A stretch of 63,460 bases of DNA, the filler included, from Octopus bimaculoides (taxonomy: Eukaryota): assembly GCF_001194135.2 (NCBI RefSeq). It is 4 parts of 4 records of this genome, joined end to end, with 100 filler letters (N's around TTAATTAATTAA, not from the genome) between each part and the next. Parts side by side here need not be neighbours in the genome. Positions count along the whole stretch, not along the records: positions 57,306 to 63,460 come from NC_068996.1; 3 more parts are not named here. One strand, 5' to 3'. The notes beneath the pieces are model-generated. The model had not been told where the DNA came from. It saw only the letters and a program-made list of their open reading frames with translations, and ran no database searches. The translations under genes were made by a program, and so were the position numbers. Shown in pieces: positions 62,525 through 63,460 of this stretch (positions are counted from its first letter, which is position 1; each line of letters begins with the position of its first letter).

Positions 62525-63460
62525 TGTTCTTTTCACCTATCTAATACTTTCCTGATTATTCTGGCCGTGCCAAGGAGGCAAACCTTTTGTAACAGTTCTA
62601 TATATTCTTCTTGGTGCCTTCTGATACTGTTTTCAAGGACCCAGCAATAACTGGCACTATCTTCACCTTCTTCATTTTCCATAGTCGGGCTATTTCGTAC
62701 TTAAGCGGATTGTATTTATGTATCTTTTTGCCTTACTTCTTGACTATTCATAGGTCAAAGGGGTATGCAACATCAACTGTATCGCATATGTGGTGCACCT
62801 TGTCCACCACCTCTAGGTCCGGTTTGTTATGCTCTAACGCCTAATCTGTTTAGATTGAGAAAATCCCAGAGGATTTTGCTAGACTCCGATTCTTTCTGCG
62901 GTTTGTGCTCATACCACGGCTTGCCTCTCTCTAGTCCCCACTTTTCTCAGTTTCCAGTGTGGCACTTTCACTATCTGGTCGTGTTTCCACAACTTGTAAT
63001 GGCTTGAGACACGTCTAGGGCATTCGTTCGTGATATGGGCAATGGTTTCATCCACTCTATTACAGATGCGGCACAGCAGAGACACTTGCTCATTCCCCAG
63101 GTTGACCCTTCAGTTCGTGACCAAAGCTTGGTCCTGCACTGCCAGTATAGTGCTCTCGGTCTCTTTTTTCAATGTTCCTTTCTTCAGCCATTTCCACGTA
63201 TTTTTTCCAGCAACTTCTGTTGTGGCTACATGGAATTGATTGTGTAGTCCCTTCTCGTGCAATTCTTCTTCATGTCCTTTTTGTACTTCTTCCTTCGTTT
63301 TTCCTGTATTCTCTGGTTTCAATACTCCCTCGTTCCTAACTGTCACTAGCAAGGTTTCCTTACTCTGGGCTAAGTATCTCATTACGCTCTCGAGTTCGAT
63401 ACTCATGCAGTCTTCCACACTTATCAGTCCTCTTCCTCCATTTGCTCTCTTCATGTATAG
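62525..63460 (-). mobile_element. R4/Dong-like (RLE-type) non-LTR retrotransposon, 3' part; runs off the window
   Basis: GGRGLISVED, K.LH.QF, WKWLKKGTLKKETESTILAVQDQAL, CCHC knuckle CRIC...ETIAHITNEC, LWKMKKVKIVPVIAGSL, LQKVCLLGTARIIRKVL-stop. Confidence 0.82.

Overview
AT-rich, microsatellite-dense, gap-ridden animal genomic DNA. The SINE families and repeat style look like a cephalopod (Octopus) draft assembly, but this is recognition rather than a database result. The window is not one locus: three identical 100-bp spacers (44 N + TTAATTAATTAA + 44 N) split it into four segments (1-24082, 24183-40311, 40412-57205, 57306-63460). Only one credible host gene is visible: an intronless ORF at 20567-22729 (+) encoding a predicted type-I membrane protein (signal peptide, Thr-rich mucin region, extracellular PLAT/LH2 domain, Ser/Thr stalk, juxtamembrane motif, TM helix, short tail). 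Almost all other ORF-track entries are gap or microsatellite artefacts or decayed transposons. The transposons include RTE, CR1-like, Tx1/L1-like and R4/Dong-like LINEs, Penelope-like (PLE) RT and GIY-YIG relics, a Chapaev3-like transposon with TIRs, mariner fragments, hAT and Tc1 MITEs, and three tRNA-derived SINE families. The most interesting non-coding signal is about ten minimal type-I hammerhead-ribozyme-like motifs in at least three repeat families, several as head-to-head fold-backs. One of these carries a tRNA-like Pol III head at its centre, suggesting a PLE-dependent, ribozyme-bearing SINE-like element.
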